Of a stretch of 64,000 nt of DNA, positions 43,966-54,379 are shown in pieces; within the stretch, counting starts at the first letter, position 1, and every line of letters starts with the position of its first letter. The position numbers and the translations under genes were made by a program. A model generated the notes under the pieces. The model was not told the origin of the DNA. It was given only the letters and a program-made list of their open reading frames with translations, and searched no databases. This stretch comes from a virus (Duplodnaviria; Caudoviricetes): the IMG/VR virus record IMGVR_UViG_3300027809_000006, positions 4,411 through 68,410 of that record; one strand, 5' to 3'.

Positions 43966-44502
43966 ATGGCTGAAGATTTTATTCAGACCTACAGTGGGAG
44001 GGCCTTTCATTTTGGCTCTCCTAAAGTAGAAGAAATTGATATTGAAGATATTGCTCATGCACTATCCCTACTTTGTCGATTTGGTGGTCATTGTACAGAG
44101 TTTTATTCTGTCGCTGAACATTCAGTAAGATGTGCACAAGCTGCATCAAAAGAATATAAACTTGAGGCACTACTTCATGATGCTGGTGAGGCTTATGTGG
44201 TAGATATTCCAAGACCTATTAAATATACCCTTAAGGGTTATAAAGAATTAGAAAATTCTATTGAAAGTGTTATTCGTAAGAAATTTAACCTCCCTATTGA
44301 AATGACCAAGGAAGTAAAACATCTAGATAATGTGATGTTAGCAACAGAGAAACGGGACCTTATGCTTCCTAGTGAGATTGAGTGGTTTCCTCTCCCTGAT
44401 CCACTTAAAGATAAAATTGAACCAATGTCTCCCAAAGAAGCTAAAATTGCTTTTATAAATATGTTTAAAGAATTGACAAAGGAAGATACTAATGACCAGT
44501 AA
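43966..44502 (+). CDS. HD-domain 5'-deoxynucleotidase (YfbR-like)
   Basis: IQTYSG, IEDIAHALS..CRFGGH, YSVAEHS, LLHDAGEAY..DIPRPIK. Confidence 0.9.
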   Translation: MAEDFIQTYSGRAFHFGSPKVEEIDIEDIAHALSLLCRFGGHCTEFYSVAEHSVRCAQAASKEYKLEALLHDAGEAYVVDIPRPIKYTLKGYKELENSIESVIRKKFNLPIEMTKEVKHLDNVMLATEKRDLMLPSEIEWFPLPDPLKDKIEPMSPKEAKIAFINMFKELTKEDTNDQ

Positions 44503-44686
44503 GACTGAAGTTAATGAAAAGGTTCGTCGTGTTGTATCTAATAATGGACACGAGCAGCGACTTACAAATGTAACCTCTGTTGATAATACAGGATCGTGGA
44601 CACGACTTGAATGTGATCAGGGTTATGCAATTATTAACAATGACAATGTACTGATGTTCATCGTTAAGGGTGAAATCAAGTTCTAA
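44492..44686 (+). CDS. Hypothetical protein
   Basis: 64 aa, last + strand gene before the terminator. Confidence 0.65.
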   Translation: MTSKTEVNEKVRRVVSNNGHEQRLTNVTSVDNTGSWTRLECDQGYAIINNDNVLMFIVKGEIKF

Positions 44687-44691
44687 AACGC

Positions 44692-44747
44692 AAAAAGGCC
44701 CCATTAGGAAATCCGAAAGGAAATCCCGATGGGGCCTTTTTTTTTTT
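44692..44747. terminator. Bidirectional intrinsic terminator between the convergent genome arms
   Basis: AAAAAGGCCCCAT...ATGGGGCC followed by a long T tract; overlaps the stop of the minus-strand ORF at 44746. Confidence 0.9.
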
Positions 44748-47700
44748 ACTTAAGTTTCTTCATTTCATCTTTAAGATAAGATTCATTACTTTGATCTTCA
44801 CCTTCCCGGAGTTTACCATACAGTGCATCCGTGTTGGCCAAACTATAGGAACGTACAAGATATTTTGTGAAGTACTTACGTGCTTCCGAAGTGTCAACAC
44901 CCTTCTTAACTGTCTTCATAATTTCACCGAATTTCACAGGGTCTTCCATCATTGCATCAAGTAGCGCCTTACGAGTAGCAGCAACCTGACCTAAGGATTG
45001 AGAAGAATAACCCATGGTAAGACGACGAGCCTTACTAGAGACAGGATTAAGAACACCAAACAAAAGGGTAATACCAGATTGAATGGCATGTGCAGGGTCT
45101 TCATTACGACTTAATTGATCAAGTCCACTAGAACCCTGATGGGGAGTTTTCTTACTAAGAGAGGTATATACTCTCTGCATTTCTTCAAGGCCGTCAATAA
45201 CTTCAGGTTGATCCTTAAAGATAGTCCTCATGTTTGCCATATCCTTACCACCCTCATCAAACAATTTGTCTGCTTGAGTTTCATTGATACGGAAACCAGT
45301 ACGAACCTTACCATTGGCAGCAGGTTCACCGATACCAAGGGCACTACGAGAACCAATCCTCTCACGAACATAATCCATATAAGTACCCTTAAGGGCATCC
45401 TTAATGGCCTGTCCATCTTCACCCATTGAGTCAGCCTTTTTGATAAGGTCATCAATTTGAGATGTAGAGGTATTAGATCGGAACATGGTTCTTAACTGAG
45501 AGCCAACTTCAGAAGGCTTAAGAGGTGCACCATCACCATACACAAACTTACCAAGAATTGACTGTTGTGCTTCCTTACGGATAGCATCAGCTTCGGACTT
45601 AATACTTTCGTATGCAGCAGCTTTATCAACTGAGGTATTTTCCAATGTCTGCAATTTGACTTCAAGTGCTTTGAACTTTTCAATCAAGGGGGAATTAACT
45701 CCCTGTAGACCTTCGACAATACCACTAATATTCCTACGTAACTCACCTACACCCTGCTTGGCACCACTAGATGCACTATTGGCAAGATTGGTAATAGCTC
45801 GTGTAGCATAGTAGTTTGCAAGATCACCAGAGATGTCATTACCACCAGCAGCGGCTGCCCTTTTGAGGCTTTCCCTGAGTGGTTTACCATTGACACCATC
45901 CAACTCTTGGATTTTGTTACCAAAGGTTACATCCCAATTGGTTTTACCCTGCCCTTCAGCAGTCATACCCGGAACGAACTTTTCTCCAGTAAGACGACCT
46001 TCTCCAGCTTTTTGTAGAGCTTTATTTTCTGGTTCACCAAAAGTGGACTTGTAGTTGATGTACTTCTCTTTAGCATCAGCAACCATTCGCTTAATACCTT
46101 CGTCACCTTGAGAGGCAACAAAATCAAGCTGTTCATTGTTGATGTTATCACGAAGTTCATACAAAGCATCCAAACGAGTGGAGTCCTTTGCAGCATTAGC
46201 ACGAGAGATTTCTTTGTTTACCTGATTGCGAATGTTATTGTAGATGTTCCCAAAGGAATCATCAGCGTTAACTTCATTGGCAACCTTACGAAGAAATGGA
46301 TCAGTAATCTTAACAGAACCATCTTCAGCAACTTCAGAATTCTTTTTAATGACTTCAAGAATACTATTAGCATCACCTTGAGTGCCAGTATCGGCCAAAG
46401 CTCGGTAAGCATTATCAGTGTCAGTCTTTAGGGTTTTGAGGGACTGATAAGTCTTTTCAGACATATTACCATGAACAACATCATAGACACCACTCTTAGA
46501 GCCAAGCTCAGCATTAGCTTCTTCCATAAAAAGCTTAAACTCTGGATCATTACTGACACCACGTTCGGCAGCTTCTTTTGCAGTTGTTGCTTCAGTTCGA
46601 GCAGCATTTTCCATGGTGTCGGCCTGTAAGCGTTTTGCAAGTAGACTGTCAGAAGCCAGTCGTCCAGTTTGTTCTTGAGCTTCTCCAAGATTACCTCCCG
46701 CTACAACATCTTTAGCTTCATCTAGAGTATCATTAATAGTAGTAGCACCCTTAGCTGCCGTATCATGAGCATTCAAAGAGGTACGGATTTCATACAAAAC
46801 AGTAGAGGTATCTCTAGCCTGCTCTTGAGTCCACTTAGTGAAAGCTTCTTCACCCATAACATCCTTACGGTTTGCATAGGCAATACGGAAATAGTCCTCA
46901 GCTGCTTCATTGTAGGCAGTAGCAGTATCGACTTTCATCTTACCACCAACACCAGCGATCTTAAGTTCCATTTCAGCATTACGGCTGATTGCATCACCAA
47001 GAACTTTAATCTTAAATGCAGCATCTTCAGGAGCAAGGTTCTTAAGGTTAGGGTCAATAGCTTGTGCTAACTTCATACCGGCAATCTTGTCAGAGGTCTT
47101 AAGGACTTTACCAACACTCATACCAAATACTTCGGCATTACGAAGACCACCAATAGATGGACCAATAAGACCAGTATTGATGCTATTTGCAATCTTACCA
47201 AACGTACCAAGGACACCACCAACAATAGGCGTATCAGCCATCTGAGCCATGTCAGCGGACCATTCCTTACTTGCACCCATGCCAACAAAAGCATCAGGGG
47301 GAAGGATACCTTGGGCATCATTAGGAGCTACAGCAGCTTCTGTACCCATTACAGCAGTACCCCTAAGGCCAAGACCAATAAGAGTATTAGAAGTATAAGC
47401 CTTAGCAGCTTTTTGTGCTAATACAGCATCACCAGTACGCTTAAGAACTGCATCATACGTCTTATAGATACCTTCACGAGCCGCAGGAGATAGAAGACCT
47501 ACCGTCTTTGGAATAATACCACCAACGGATTGAGCAATCTTACCAATGGTTTTAGCACCAGCTCCAGTAGCCGCAGCCCCGCCAATAGCATAAGTAGTCA
47601 TGTCTTCTACAAACTTTTCACCAGTTTGGTCAGGAACCGTTCCGGGAATAGCTTTACCTACTGTACCTTCCTCAGAGATTTTACCCTGAGCAAGATCAGC

Positions 47701-48417
47701 AGTACCACCAACAATATTCTTCATAACCTGATAGGACATACGACCAATAACATCCTGCGTAGGCTTATCTACAACATAACGAGTAGATTGCATAGGCTGA
47801 TTGTCAGGACCTATCTCTTTGGTAGGATCAAATTTAGGATTATTGGTCATCTTTTCCTGAGTACGAACTGGAATAATACCAGCAACTGTATCAGCTTGAC
47901 CCGTCTTTTCATAAATCTGTTGAGCTTCTTCAGCACGCTGCTTCTTAAGATTTTGTACTTCATCGGGAAGTTGGAAGGTACCAAAACTATCACTCATTGG
48001 ATTGATGCCACTAAGGACAGAGCCTACAGTGTATTCACCCTCAATACCACTACGAGTATTAGGATCACCACCCATCCACTGAGGAAGTTCAATCTTTACA
48101 TTACCAGCACGACTACCTAAAGAGTTTTCACTCTCAACAACAGGTGCATACTTTTCCTTTTCATTCAATCCACCATAAAGTTCAGATTGACTACGAAGAG
48201 TACCAAGATCAGGACCTGCCTCAGTAGGAACTTTATCCAACTCCCCACCTTCACGCATACGATTAAGTTCATCCATAAGACCCCCATCAGGTGAGGGCGC
48301 TAGGATTTGATCTTCGTTTTGGTCAACTGTGGGAGCAGCTTCCCACCAGTTATCTCCTTCAGTAGGAGCATTCTGTGTTTCATCCACTACGGGAGCATTA
48401 TCCCACCAGTTAGCCAT
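44746..48417 (-). CDS. Large internal virion (ejection) protein
   Basis: 1223 aa, Ala/Gly/Gln-rich helical; WWDNAPVV/WWEAAPTV N-terminal repeat; position in the virion arm. Confidence 0.75.
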   Translation of the reverse strand: MANWWDNAPVVDETQNAPTEGDNWWEAAPTVDQNEDQILAPSPDGGLMDELNRMREGGELDKVPTEAGPDLGTLRSQSELYGGLNEKEKYAPVVESENSLGSRAGNVKIELPQWMGGDPNTRSGIEGEYTVGSVLSGINPMSDSFGTFQLPDEVQNLKKQRAEEAQQIYEKTGQADTVAGIIPVRTQEKMTNNPKFDPTKEIGPDNQPMQSTRYVVDKPTQDVIGRMSYQVMKNIVGGTADLAQGKISEEGTVGKAIPGTVPDQTGEKFVEDMTTYAIGGAAATGAGAKTIGKIAQSVGGIIPKTVGLLSPAAREGIYKTYDAVLKRTGDAVLAQKAAKAYTSNTLIGLGLRGTAVMGTEAAVAPNDAQGILPPDAFVGMGASKEWSADMAQMADTPIVGGVLGTFGKIANSINTGLIGPSIGGLRNAEVFGMSVGKVLKTSDKIAGMKLAQAIDPNLKNLAPEDAAFKIKVLGDAISRNAEMELKIAGVGGKMKVDTATAYNEAAEDYFRIAYANRKDVMGEEAFTKWTQEQARDTSTVLYEIRTSLNAHDTAAKGATTINDTLDEAKDVVAGGNLGEAQEQTGRLASDSLLAKRLQADTMENAARTEATTAKEAAERGVSNDPEFKLFMEEANAELGSKSGVYDVVHGNMSEKTYQSLKTLKTDTDNAYRALADTGTQGDANSILEVIKKNSEVAEDGSVKITDPFLRKVANEVNADDSFGNIYNNIRNQVNKEISRANAAKDSTRLDALYELRDNINNEQLDFVASQGDEGIKRMVADAKEKYINYKSTFGEPENKALQKAGEGRLTGEKFVPGMTAEGQGKTNWDVTFGNKIQELDGVNGKPLRESLKRAAAAGGNDISGDLANYYATRAITNLANSASSGAKQGVGELRRNISGIVEGLQGVNSPLIEKFKALEVKLQTLENTSVDKAAAYESIKSEADAIRKEAQQSILGKFVYGDGAPLKPSEVGSQLRTMFRSNTSTSQIDDLIKKADSMGEDGQAIKDALKGTYMDYVRERIGSRSALGIGEPAANGKVRTGFRINETQADKLFDEGGKDMANMRTIFKDQPEVIDGLEEMQRVYTSLSKKTPHQGSSGLDQLSRNEDPAHAIQSGITLLFGVLNPVSSKARRLTMGYSSQSLGQVAATRKALLDAMMEDPVKFGEIMKTVKKGVDTSEARKYFTKYLVRSYSLANTDALYGKLREGEDQSNESYLKDEMKKLK

Positions 48418-50171
48418 TAAGGTTTCCTTCTAACAGAACCATCTGGTGCCTTAAATTTAGTACCAGAGGGAAGTTTATCAAAGTCTTCTTTAGATTTAAT
48501 TTCAACAGGTGCAGCTTCAGACTTTACTGCTGGGTCTTGATAACCCTGTTGAGCATTTTGTTCCTGTACACTTTGGAAGGTATCAGCCTGTCCCTGAGAA
48601 TACTGACGAGTAATACCGCCAAGATATTTCATAAGCATTTGCTTCTGTTCAGGGGGCAGTTCAGTACCTTGAATGATTTCACCAATACGTTTACCCTTCA
48701 GACCAGTCTTAACACCATACCTCTTTTCAAAATCATCGACAGAGGGATTACGGTTAAGTGTAGCCTGAGAAGACTGAAGCTTAAGGAATGCACCCTGCAT
48801 CTGAGCATTAAGAGCAGGAAGGATTTGCTTAGGATCACTAGAGTTGCCAATAATTTCCAGAGCATTTGCCAAGTCCTGATTACTTACCTTACCATCAGTG
48901 GAGGTAGCCTGTGCAATCTGATAGGCGGTCTGCATTCTCAAGCTATTGTATTTAGCAGCATTAACAGCCTTCTGTTGGTTAGCATCAGATAGGACACCAC
49001 CATTCTTAAGGAAGTTATCAACTGCCTTGGCATGATCCATGATATCTTTTTCAATACCTTCAATCTTACCACTAGCAGTCTTTTGACTAATAGTTTGCTC
49101 AATACCAAGAATAGCTTTGTAGCCAGCCTGTGCTTCACCAGAGAGACTTTCAATCAGACCAAGACCCTTAGATGCCATCGTAGCAGCCTGAGGATCATTA
49201 TGTAGGATTTGTGTCATCTGTTGAGATGCATTAAGTGCGGACACAAAAGATTCAGCATTTGCATTGTAATCCTTAGATGCCTTACCAAAGTCATCAACAA
49301 GAGAGTTGTAACGCTTGACATCATCATCAGACATACGACGTACAGGTCCAGATACCTTTTGTGGGTTCATAGGATCAGATACGTTATAAAGACCATCTTC
49401 ACGAACTTCACCCGGCAATTGAGGACCAAGTGATCCATCTGGATTTACTGAGAAGTAGGTGTCTACATTCTTACCATTTGCGCGGGCCTGATTACGTGCT
49501 CGTTCAGTTTCAACACGCTGATTGATTTCAACCTGAGCTTGAGCATTCCTAATTCGAGTAGGATCACCAGACTGTTTAGCCTGATAGAGTGCCCAATAAG
49601 AGTCATTCATGTCACCAATTTTAATCTCATTGGTAGGCTTAAATACATAGGCACCCTTACCATCACCAGTAGCTGTAAGTTGATCTTGATCAGCAATAGT
49701 AGACTTACGAAGGGTAGGATCGATGTCATCAATTCGCTTATTGACAGTTTTATTCAGCTCAGCTCTCTTAGGATCAGTAGCATCCATACCAGTGTCATAC
49801 TGAACTTCAGTAGGCATAGGATTAGAAACACCATTAGGAACCTTAAGAGTTTGTGTAGGAGCTTTATAGTCAGTGTTTTTCTGATAGTAGCCCTTACCAA
49901 TACGTTCCTGAATAGTCTCAGGAGAAACACCAAGTTTTAGTTCCTGCATAGCAGTTGTGGCAAAAGTATCATCACCAAACTGTTGGGATAACATCTTGGC
50001 CTGTGAGGCAAGCTGTGTTTCCTTCTCGGATTTAGCTTCACGCTTCTCCCTTAGTTTTACAAGAGCATCCATCTTATACTTGAATTGCGTATCTTCTTGC
50101 TGTTGTTCCCGTTCCATTTTCTTGTTACGAGCATCAATAAAACTTTCAGCAAATCCAGAAAGAAATGTCAT
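48417..50171 (-). CDS. Internal virion (ejection) protein
   Basis: 584 aa; FLSGFAESF start, GKVSNQDL, C-terminal SKEDFDKLPSGTKFKAPDG motif typical of podovirus core proteins. Confidence 0.75.
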   Translation of the reverse strand: MTFLSGFAESFIDARNKKMEREQQQEDTQFKYKMDALVKLREKREAKSEKETQLASQAKMLSQQFGDDTFATTAMQELKLGVSPETIQERIGKGYYQKNTDYKAPTQTLKVPNGVSNPMPTEVQYDTGMDATDPKRAELNKTVNKRIDDIDPTLRKSTIADQDQLTATGDGKGAYVFKPTNEIKIGDMNDSYWALYQAKQSGDPTRIRNAQAQVEINQRVETERARNQARANGKNVDTYFSVNPDGSLGPQLPGEVREDGLYNVSDPMNPQKVSGPVRRMSDDDVKRYNSLVDDFGKASKDYNANAESFVSALNASQQMTQILHNDPQAATMASKGLGLIESLSGEAQAGYKAILGIEQTISQKTASGKIEGIEKDIMDHAKAVDNFLKNGGVLSDANQQKAVNAAKYNSLRMQTAYQIAQATSTDGKVSNQDLANALEIIGNSSDPKQILPALNAQMQGAFLKLQSSQATLNRNPSVDDFEKRYGVKTGLKGKRIGEIIQGTELPPEQKQMLMKYLGGITRQYSQGQADTFQSVQEQNAQQGYQDPAVKSEAAPVEIKSKEDFDKLPSGTKFKAPDGSVRRKP

Positions 50172-50722
50172 TACTTAGCTTCCTTTTTCTGTTCTCCACC
50201 TTGAGACATTTGCATAAAGCCTTCAGTCTGTAGGTCCTGTACCTGTTCACCATCTCCACCTGAAGACTGGTCTTCTGCTGCCTCTTTGATCTGAGGAAGT
50301 TCTTCGTCAAGAAGCTTGAAGTTACCATTAGGTGTTTTAAGTTTTTCTTCTTCTTTAAAGAATGTACCAGTGTCGAAATCATCTTCGTCATCATAGATGC
50401 CAAGTTCGTAATCAACATTAAAACCAATACAAATAAGTTCAATCATACGAGCAAGAGGACCAGCTAATAGATATACATAATCAACAGTCCACTTACCCTC
50501 AGATACACCTAACATAAGAAGCATGTTTACAATCTTATAAATGGGAAATCCGATTTCAACCATAGTAAGAATGCCATTGGCAGCCTTAAAGTTTGTTAAC
50601 TTATTGGCAAGAAAGTCAAGAGCTTCATCAAGATCAGTATACTGAGGTGGCTGTCTCCAAGGATAATTCTTAGTATCAGAAGTATAATTCTCTCCGGGGA
50701 TAGGTCCACTATTTACAGCCAT
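50171..50722 (-). CDS. Conserved virion-arm protein
   Basis: PIPGENYT...YPWRQPPQY...EGKWTVD, recognised from SIO1-like phages. Confidence 0.75.
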   Translation of the reverse strand: MAVNSGPIPGENYTSDTKNYPWRQPPQYTDLDEALDFLANKLTNFKAANGILTMVEIGFPIYKIVNMLLMLGVSEGKWTVDYVYLLAGPLARMIELICIGFNVDYELGIYDDEDDFDTGTFFKEEEKLKTPNGNFKLLDEELPQIKEAAEDQSSGGDGEQVQDLQTEGFMQMSQGGEQKKEAK

Positions 50723-50943
50723 TATTCTTCTCCTTCGGAAGCTTCTTCCATCTCTTCGTCTTTGTTTTTACCCTTAGGCTTTTTTGAAACAGATTTACGA
50801 AGTTCTTTTTCGTACCCATCAAAAAAATCTTTGGAATATTTAGACTTCTTACCACTAGTCTTTTCGTATTCTTCAAACCCACTCTTTTCATAGAAGGAGC
50901 GAATGGCCCTACGAATTGCCTCATCTTGATCTACAACGGCCAT
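50722..50943 (-). CDS. Small charged hypothetical protein
   Basis: 73 aa, overlapping stop/start. Confidence 0.6.
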   Translation of the reverse strand: MAVVDQDEAIRRAIRSFYEKSGFEEYEKTSGKKSKYSKDFFDGYEKELRKSVSKKPKGKNKDEEMEEASEGEE

Positions 50944-50954
50944 TTATTTACCTC

Positions 50955-52574
50955 TTAAAAAATTGAACTCATAATATTTTCGAAAGTCTTTGAACCAACA
51001 AAGGCACCAGCCAATGAACCTAAAGCAGTCATGTTGGCATTTTTACTAGCTGTACGAGCCTGTAGAGATGCAGCTGCAATAGTTGTTTCACGGTCTTTTG
51101 CGCTCTCAGAAGATTTAAAAGCATAATCAAGAAGTGCATCAGAACGATCCCACAACTGATTAAGCTGATTTACACTAATATCCAATCGATTTTTTACATC
51201 AGTAGTAGCGGCTTCGTAAAGCTGTTGGTCATCCTGAAGCTGAACCTGTTGACGCCAGTTAGCATTTGCCACAGCAATATTATACTGTTGTTCAGAGTAA
51301 AACTTCTGGCGACTGTCTTCCATTGTGGCATTATACTTATCAGCATCTAAAGTCTGAGAAGCATTAAACTGACCAATCTGAGTATTCAAAGAAGCATAGA
51401 ACTGATCAAGAGTATTCTGGGACTGAGCCATAAACTGACCCTTAACATTCTCAGCATTTGCATCAGTTAGGATGGACTGAATACGAGACTGATTGTTAAT
51501 AACAGCAGCCTGTTGTTCATTGTCAAGATTTTTCATATCCATTGCAAGAAATGCCTGAGCATTCTGAACAGCAGCAGTCATTCTATTATCAAGATTTGTT
51601 TGTTCGAACTTAGCAAGAACATTGGCAGTATTAATGGTAGACTGCTGTTTATTGTCAAGATTCTTAAGAGTTAACGTCTGAAAGAATTGAGCATCTTGCT
51701 GAGCAATAGGAAGAGAAGCTTCAAGTAGTGCCTGAGACATAGCAGCAGTAGCAGCAGTACCTGTCATACCACCAAAAGCAGCAATCTTACTTACATTACG
51801 TGCAGTAGCAGCAGCCCATGATGGGATTTTAGGTTCACCAGTAGCTTCATCAACAAATTGCTTCTGTAAAAGTTCTATTTGACCCTGAAGAGTAGCTTTA
51901 CTATCAAGATAATTACCTTCACCTAACTGTTGAGCAAGAAGTTTACCAGCAGCAGTACTAGTGTCAATAACATTAGACATATTCTGAGAAGCATACTTAT
52001 TAAGAGCTTGTCCTAACTCATTAACAGTACCGTCTTTGTTTACACCAGTAGCAATACCAGTAGTATCTGCTTGAGGGACATCTTTAATTTGTGCATTTTC
52101 AGAGACAGTGCCTTGTGCACCCTCCATCTGATTTTGAGATACTTTGTCCTCAGTTTTAGTTACATCATAATCGTGAGCCTGTGTAGGATCAACATTATCA
52201 ACAGTTCCAGCCTCAACACTAGGGGTCTGTCCAAGAGCAAGATTGGGGTTATTAGGATCAACCTGAGCAGCAGTACCTGTTTGTCCCTGAACAGCCCCAA
52301 GAGCAGATGTACCATTTGCATTGTTGACAACATTGCCGGCACCACTATTGATAGTCTGACTTGCATAATCTGCAATATTAGTAGGATTAATTTGACTACC
52401 AGCCTCATAATTAGGAGATTGTGTAGGACCAGTAGAAGCAGCTGGAGCAGCAGCCTGTGGAGCCTGTCCAGTCATTTTCTGTTGCCAGTAAGCAGCGGTA
52501 GCTTCATTATCAAAAGAACCAGACAGTTGTTCTTCATTATCTCCACCACCAAAAGAGCCATAAAGGTCTGCCAT
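50955..52574 (-). CDS. Internal virion protein
   Basis: Gln/Asn/Ala-rich; IPSWAAATAR...ALLEASLPIAQQDA; C-terminal LGSLAGAFVG. Confidence 0.75.
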   Translation of the reverse strand: MADLYGSFGGGDNEEQLSGSFDNEATAAYWQQKMTGQAPQAAAPAASTGPTQSPNYEAGSQINPTNIADYASQTINSGAGNVVNNANGTSALGAVQGQTGTAAQVDPNNPNLALGQTPSVEAGTVDNVDPTQAHDYDVTKTEDKVSQNQMEGAQGTVSENAQIKDVPQADTTGIATGVNKDGTVNELGQALNKYASQNMSNVIDTSTAAGKLLAQQLGEGNYLDSKATLQGQIELLQKQFVDEATGEPKIPSWAAATARNVSKIAAFGGMTGTAATAAMSQALLEASLPIAQQDAQFFQTLTLKNLDNKQQSTINTANVLAKFEQTNLDNRMTAAVQNAQAFLAMDMKNLDNEQQAAVINNQSRIQSILTDANAENVKGQFMAQSQNTLDQFYASLNTQIGQFNASQTLDADKYNATMEDSRQKFYSEQQYNIAVANANWRQQVQLQDDQQLYEAATTDVKNRLDISVNQLNQLWDRSDALLDYAFKSSESAKDRETTIAAASLQARTASKNANMTALGSLAGAFVGSKTFENIMSSIF

Positions 52575-52861
52575 TATTTCTTTCCTTTCACAAGACCATC
52601 ACGTTCGATGATGTACTTAACAAATGCTTTGTGTTTATAATAACAATCTAACAAACTAATACGATCCGTAATCCAAAGTTTTTCAACTTGAGCTTGAGTA
52701 AGAGGACCTTGTCCTAACTGTATAGGAAGATTACAATCATCTAAAAGTTTACTATCAGCTTCTGCCAGAATAGGTCCAACATTAACGGATTTTGTTGATA
52801 CGCAAGACGCTAGACTTAGGCAGAGCAGTACGATTAGCATCGGGGTCTTGTTCAGCTTCAC
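52574..52861 (-). CDS. o-spanin (Rz1-like lipoprotein)
   Basis: Lipobox LSLASC; overlaps the i-spanin; LLDDCNLP...LWITDR..LLDC. Confidence 0.8.
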   Translation of the reverse strand: MKLNKTPMLIVLLCLSLASCVSTKSVNVGPILAEADSKLLDDCNLPIQLGQGPLTQAQVEKLWITDRISLLDCYYKHKAFVKYIIERDGLVKGKK

Positions 52862-53120
52862 TTATTGCCTCCTTGGCTTTAATATCTAGCTCTAATTTCT
52901 TTTTATTAAGTTCTTCAAGGAGGATTTTTTCTCTTTCCTTGGCTAATTCATTAGCTTTAACTTGTCTATCTCGTTCTTCGGTATACTTCTGAGATTGCTC
53001 AAGTTTGTATTCTACGAAGCTACTGTTTGAAATCTTCCAGCCAATCCATCCTGCAAACAGGAGGCTGACAATATAAAAAACTACAAACCAAAATTCTTTT
53101 TTAAATAATATCGCTGGCAT
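52782..53120 (-). CDS. i-spanin (Rz-like)
   Basis: N-terminal TM then coiled coil, directly after the endolysin. Confidence 0.8.
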   Translation of the reverse strand: MPAILFKKEFWFVVFYIVSLLFAGWIGWKISNSSFVEYKLEQSQKYTEERDRQVKANELAKEREKILLEELNKKKLELDIKAKEAISEAEQDPDANRTALPKSSVLRINKIR

Positions 53121-53590
53121 TAGAGACCCTCCAAGCAGAATTGCTTTTCCTTCTCTCTACGCTTAGTAAGTCCATTTACCACCTTACCGCCAGCCTTATT
53201 GAAGCTTAGTAATTTAAAACAAGCTTCCCGGTACTTACCTGCATTAATCAGAGCAGGAAGAGAGGACTTACAAAAACCCCCCACACCAATATTATACGTT
53301 AAACTAACATATGCAATATAAGGTTTATCTGGTACTGCATCAGGTGTCTTGAGGCACTTACTCATACCTTCTTCATGTTGTACGAGTTCTTCCATAAACT
53401 TTGCATCACATTGTGCTTTAGTAAACTTCATACCCGGTTTAATACCCTTAGTAGTACCATAACAAGCAGTCCAGACACCAATAACGTCAGGGTAGGAATT
53501 AAGGCGAAGACCTTCGAAACCACCAATTAATGTAATTGCCATAGCTCCTGCAACTGTCATACCTGTAATCTTTTTAAACCTACTTGCCAT
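53120..53590 (-). CDS. Endolysin, GH24 lysozyme (possible SAR type)
   Basis: FEGLRLNSYPDVIGVWTACYGTT (E..D..T triad), SLTYNIG, GLTKRR; Gly/Ala-rich hydrophobic N-terminus. Confidence 0.93.
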   Translation of the reverse strand: MASRFKKITGMTVAGAMAITLIGGFEGLRLNSYPDVIGVWTACYGTTKGIKPGMKFTKAQCDAKFMEELVQHEEGMSKCLKTPDAVPDKPYIAYVSLTYNIGVGGFCKSSLPALINAGKYREACFKLLSFNKAGGKVVNGLTKRREKEKQFCLEGL

Positions 53591-53801
53591 CTTTAAATTC
53601 CTTTTGTGAAATTACTCTTGCGATATTTGCCAAGAAGTTACATATAAGGGCGGCTGCTAAGAACCAACCCCTAGGAATGTAAATCATCTCGTCTATAATT
53701 GGTAATGCAATCTCAAACAACCCAAAGAGAGTTGCGAGAAGATTAAATCTAATACTCCAAGCATATCTTAGGATTTTTTTCCAATCTTCTCGCAGTTTCA
53801 T
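53580..53801 (-). CDS. Holin
   Basis: MKLREDWKKILRYAWSIRF...two TMs...ARVISQK, upstream of the endolysin. Confidence 0.8.
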   Translation of the reverse strand: MKLREDWKKILRYAWSIRFNLLATLFGLFEIALPIIDEMIYIPRGWFLAAALICNFLANIARVISQKEFKDGK

Positions 53802-54371
53802 TTAAGTTTCCATTGCCTGAACCCACAAATCATCTACTTGTTCTTTTGTTAGTCCAAGACTATTTGCAACAAGTAAAAGAGTAGGATGATTACGTTCAAA
53901 CTCTTGAGTTTCAAGCCACTCGATTTGAGCCTCTTCTCTTGCCAAACTCTCAGGCATTGCAGCAATAACTTGATCAATACTTGAAAGAGATATACCATTA
54001 CGAACTAATGTAAGCTTAAGTTGTCGTTTAGATATAGGCCACATCTTAATTGGTTCAGGTGGAGCTTCCACAATCTGACCATTTTGATAGAGCATACCTT
54101 CCTTAATGTCTTCCCAATCTGCATCAATACCTAATACAATTCTTTCCCTAGGAACTAATTTAGAGGGGTCATATTCAACATTCTTAATCTTCATAGTTTC
54201 AGGGTCAACTGTGGCCCATGCACCATAGATAGAGTTGATAAAATTACCACGTTCATCCCATGAGGTAAGGCCATTCAACATTTGATACCAGTCTTGTCCA
54301 CTCTCATTAGTGAAATACATAACACCATTGAGACCATAGTGTGTAAAAGTTCCAAAATTAACGATTTCCAT
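53802..54371 (-). CDS. Tail fibre assembly/chaperone-like protein
   Basis: YFTNESGQDWY N-domain and ISKRQLKLTL...IEW...FERNHP C-domain, after the fibre gene. Confidence 0.7.
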   Translation of the reverse strand: MEIVNFGTFTHYGLNGVMYFTNESGQDWYQMLNGLTSWDERGNFINSIYGAWATVDPETMKIKNVEYDPSKLVPRERIVLGIDADWEDIKEGMLYQNGQIVEAPPEPIKMWPISKRQLKLTLVRNGISLSSIDQVIAAMPESLAREEAQIEWLETQEFERNHPTLLLVANSLGLTKEQVDDLWVQAMET

Positions 54372-54379
54372 AATTCACC

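Noticed and set aside
40994-44502. MazG-like plus HD hydrolase as a 2-aminoadenine (Z-DNA) pathway
   Set aside because: No PurZ/adenylosuccinate synthetase homologue seen in the window; both enzymes are common in ordinary phages.
3000-44686. Single-subunit phage RNA polymerase (T7/Autographiviridae assignment)
   Set aside because: No RNAP-sized ORF or motifs; consensus sigma70 promoters indicate host RNAP use.
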